Below, piece by piece: positions 53,473 through 56,108 of a DNA stretch of 56,108 nucleotides. The position numbers and the translations under genes were made by a program. The notes under the pieces are model-generated. The model ran no database searches, was not told where the DNA came from, and worked only from the letters and a program-made list of their open reading frames with translations. The stretch is from NCBI GenBank assembly GCA_043748985.1, contig JAYVEG010000301.1, positions 1 through 56,108 of the forward strand, written 5' to 3'. Numbering within the stretch: the first letter of the stretch is position 1; every line of letters starts with the position of its first letter. Source of the stretch: Rhodospirillales bacterium (GTDB lineage: Bacteria > Pseudomonadota > Alphaproteobacteria > Acetobacterales > Acetobacteraceae).

Positions 53473-55065
53473 ATGGATCGCCGCCGTTTTCTGACGACCG
53501 CTGCCGCCATCTCGACCGCAGGCAGCCTTGCCATGCCCCGGGTCGCGCGATCGCAGGATTCGAAGATCCTGCGGTTCATCCCGCAGGTGGATCCCTCGAT
53601 CCTCGATCCCGTGACCACCAGCGCCTATATAGCGCGCAACCACGGCTTTGCGGTGTACGATACGCTGTTCGGGCTCGACAGCGCATTCAACGCGCAGCCG
53701 CAGATGGTCGGCGGCGTAGTCACCGAGGCCGACGGCAAGCTGTGGCGGCTGACGCTGCGGGACGGGTTGAAGTTCCATGATGGCGCGCCGGTGCTGGCGC
53801 GGGACTGCGTGGCCAGCATCAAACGGTGGGGCAAGCGGGATTCCTTCGGGCAGGCGCTGATGGCGGCAACCGACGAGCTGTCTGCGGCGGACGACAAGAC
53901 GATCGTGTTCCGGCTGAAGCGGCCGTTCCCGTTGTTGCCGGCGGCGCTCGGGAAGGTCGCGAGCAACATGTGCCCGATGATGCCGGAGCGGCTGGCGAAC
54001 ACTGACCCGTTCACGAACGTGACCGAGGCGACCGGGAGCGGGCCGTTCCGGTATGTGGCGGGCGAGCGCGTGCCGGGGGCCCGGACCGTCTATGCGCGGT
54101 TCGAGGGGTATGTGCCGCGAGCGGAGGGGACGCCGGATTGGACCTCAGGGCCGAAGATCGCCTACGTCGATCGGGTGGAGATGACCGTCATTCCCGACGC
54201 GTCGACGGCGTTTGCGGCGTTGAAGTCAGGCCAGATGGACTGGTGGCAGGAGCCGGCGCTGGACCTGGTGCCGCCGATGCGCAGGGAGCCGGGCATCCGG
54301 GTGGTGGATTTGGATCCCACGGGCGCGCCGGCGATGCTGCGGTTCAACCACCTGCATGCGCCGTTCAACAACCCGGCGATCCGGCGCGCGCTGTTCGCGG
54401 CGGTAAGCCAGGCGGACTACATGGAGGCGGTCGCGGGGGCGGAGCGCGAGCTGTGGAAGGATGGGGCCGGGTTCTTCCCGTTGATCTCGCCGTTGTCGAG
54501 CAGTGTGGGAATGGGTGCGCTGAAGGCCAAGCCGGATTATGCGAAGGCGAAGGCGGATTTGGCTGCGGCCGGGTACAACGGCGAGCGGACAGTGGTGATG
54601 GTGGCGACGGACCTGCCGGCCTTGGCGGCACTGGGGCTGGTGGGCGCAGACATGATGAAGCGGGCGGGGATGAACGTGGATGTGCAGTCGATGGACTGGG
54701 GCAGCGTCATTCAGCGCCGGGCGAGCCGGGAGCCGGTAGAGAAGGGGGGGTGGAGCGTGTTCTTCACGAGCTTCTTCGGGCTGGATCAGCTGACGCCGGC
54801 CGGGCATCTCGGGCTGCGCGGCAATGGGCTGAACGGGTGGTTCGGGTGGTGCGACAGCCCGAAGCTGGAGGCGCTGCGGGACGAGTGGTTCGCAGCGCCG
54901 GATCTTTCGGCGCAGAAGGCGGTTGCGGTTCGAATGCAGGAGCAGGCGTTCATCGATGCGCCCTATATCCCGCTGGGGGAATATTCGATCCCGACGGCGG
55001 TCCGCAAGGAGATCAGTGGGTTGCAGAAGGGCATCCCGGTCTATTGGGGGCTGAAGAAGGGGTAG
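53473..55065 (+). CDS. ABC transporter substrate-binding protein, family 5 (peptide/nickel/opine type)
   Basis: From ORF 52996-55065, with the start moved to ATG 53473. MDRRRFLTTAAAISTAGSLAMP is a Tat signal. The 530-aa mature part starts with LRFIPQVDPSILDP...YDTLFGLD, as in DppA/OppA-like SBPs. Confidence 0.88.
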   Translation: MDRRRFLTTAAAISTAGSLAMPRVARSQDSKILRFIPQVDPSILDPVTTSAYIARNHGFAVYDTLFGLDSAFNAQPQMVGGVVTEADGKLWRLTLRDGLKFHDGAPVLARDCVASIKRWGKRDSFGQALMAATDELSAADDKTIVFRLKRPFPLLPAALGKVASNMCPMMPERLANTDPFTNVTEATGSGPFRYVAGERVPGARTVYARFEGYVPRAEGTPDWTSGPKIAYVDRVEMTVIPDASTAFAALKSGQMDWWQEPALDLVPPMRREPGIRVVDLDPTGAPAMLRFNHLHAPFNNPAIRRALFAAVSQADYMEAVAGAERELWKDGAGFFPLISPLSSSVGMGALKAKPDYAKAKADLAAAGYNGERTVVMVATDLPALAALGLVGADMMKRAGMNVDVQSMDWGSVIQRRASREPVEKGGWSVFFTSFFGLDQLTPAGHLGLRGNGLNGWFGWCDSPKLEALRDEWFAAPDLSAQKAVAVRMQEQAFIDAPYIPLGEYSIPTAVRKEISGLQKGIPVYWGLKKG

Positions 55066-55820
55066 GGATCGGCGGCGAAGCGCTGGATGAGGGTGGCGAC
55101 GATATCCGGCTGCTCGAGCGGCAGGAGGTGTTTCCCGCCGGGGATGACCAGCACCGCCGAGCGTGGAAAGTGGGGCGCCATTAGGCGGCGCTGGGCTGTG
55201 GGTCCGAGGTCGCCGTCCTCGCTGCCGGCGAGGATCAGGGTGGGGATTTGCAAGCGGGCGATGCGATTGGACCAGTCCTCGCGGCTGCCATGCTGTAGCC
55301 AGGCGGTCCAGGCAAGCGGGTTCATGCGGAGCAGATCGGTGACGGCCTTGTCGTGCATGGCGGGCGGCAGGGGGGTGGCGACGTTGGCGGTAATGAAGGC
55401 GTCGGCCTGGGCCTCGCTGGTGGTGGTGTCGTGGAACCAGCCAAGCATTTCGGCGCGGCGGGCGTCGTCCATCGGTTCGGGGCAGGGTGGGGAGCCGGCA
55501 ATCAGGATGAGTCCGATCAGACCCCGGAGGGCTGATGCGCCGTCGGTGGCGCGCCGGGCCACGAGGGCGGCGACTTTTGCGCCCATGCTGTGGCCGACAA
55601 GCAGCCAGGGACGGGTTCTGCGGTGGAGGGCGTGGGCCACGTGATCGGCCATGGCGGCGACGTCGTAGCTGCGAGCTGCCATGGCGTCGCCGAAGCCTGG
55701 GAGGTCGAGGGCCTGGACCCGGTCGCATCGTGCGGCAACGGGGTCCCAGGCATGGCGGCTGCCGCCCAGGGCATGCAGGCATATGATATCGGGCTGTTCT
55801 GAGGGGGGCGTTGGCGTCAT
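55041..55820 (-). CDS. alpha/beta hydrolase
   Basis: From ORF 55041-56105, with the start moved to ATG 55820. It has ICLHALGGS, VGHSMGAKVA (GxSxG), and a distal GGKHLLPLEQP containing the catalytic His. Confidence 0.8.
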   Translation of the reverse strand: MTPTPPSEQPDIICLHALGGSRHAWDPVAARCDRVQALDLPGFGDAMAARSYDVAAMADHVAHALHRRTRPWLLVGHSMGAKVAALVARRATDGASALRGLIGLILIAGSPPCPEPMDDARRAEMLGWFHDTTTSEAQADAFITANVATPLPPAMHDKAVTDLLRMNPLAWTAWLQHGSREDWSNRIARLQIPTLILAGSEDGDLGPTAQRRLMAPHFPRSAVLVIPGGKHLLPLEQPDIVATLIQRFAADPYPFFSPQ

Positions 55821-55881
55821 ATCAAAGGAACGCCGTCGGGACCTCGTCGGTTGTGGTTGCGGACACGCCTTGGGGGATGAT

Positions 55882-56108
55882 GTGAGCGTAGGGTTACTTG
55901 CCTTGCTAGATGACGTGGCTGCGCTGGCGAAGGTGGCGGCGGCGTCGCTGGATGATGCCGCGGGGGTGGCGGCGCAGGCGGGGGCAAAGGCGGCGGGCGT
56001 GGTGATCGACGACACCGCCGTGACGCCCACGTATGTGATGGGGTTTCCAGCGAGCCGTGAGCTGCCGATCGTCGGCAAGATCGCGCTGGGCTCGGTGCGG
56101 AACAAGCT
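55882..56108 (+). CDS. DUF808 (YedI-like) membrane protein, 5' part (partial, runs off window)
   Basis: GTG 55882 opens VSVGLLALLDDVAALAKVAAASLDDAAG...VIDDTAVTPTYVMGFPASRELPIVGKIALGSVRNK. This matches my recollection of the DUF808 N-terminus. It is open to the window end. Confidence 0.6.
   Translation, partial: MSVGLLALLDDVAALAKVAAASLDDAAGVAAQAGAKAAGVVIDDTAVTPTYVMGFPASRELPIVGKIALGSVRNK

Overview
This is a 56.1-kb chromosomal segment from a high-GC alphaproteobacterium (about two-thirds G+C by hand counts). The assignment rests on conserved gene orders: ihfB/lapA-like/trpF, SUV3-like helicase/S4 protein/fdxA/carD, petABC and rlmE-ppx. A Rhodospirillales/Acetobacteraceae-like origin is only a guess.

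I can support about 55 protein-coding genes, densely packed on both strands:
- Housekeeping genes: htpG, guaB, cca, hemF, mtnP and cytochrome bc1.
- A three-gene sugar-nucleotide / initiating glycosyltransferase module.
- A fused OHCU-decarboxylase/HIU-hydrolase.
- A dehydrogenase / hydrolase / allophanate-hydrolase operon.
- A LIV-type ABC system with a fused permease-ATPase.
- Other ABC and MFS transporters, and several alpha/beta hydrolases.

I found no rRNA, tRNA, CRISPR array, transposase, integrase or phage gene.

The main unusual signal is gene decay together with small compositional islands:
- A multiply disrupted narK-type transporter (29.6-30.8 kb).
- A deletion scar of a DUF4142 gene (13.2 kb).
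- A run of three damaged genes at 38.4-40.3 kb. These are a tandem-HhH ComEA-like gene frameshifted in a G6 tract, a cytochrome c C-terminal fragment, and a lower-GC radical SAM/SPASM gene. The radical SAM/SPASM gene is otherwise intact but carries two in-frame stops (TAG and TGA), and it sits directly downstream of an ABC exporter.
- A ~51% GC islet carrying a PEP-CTERM-like protein with no exosortase in the window.
- A low-GC 3' end on the M17 peptidase gene.
- Three copies of a GC-rich hairpin repeat placed just after stop codons.

I could not demonstrate an intact, previously undescribed multi-gene system. The candidates are listed with modest interest scores and explicit tests. All family assignments come from reading motifs by eye, not from searches.
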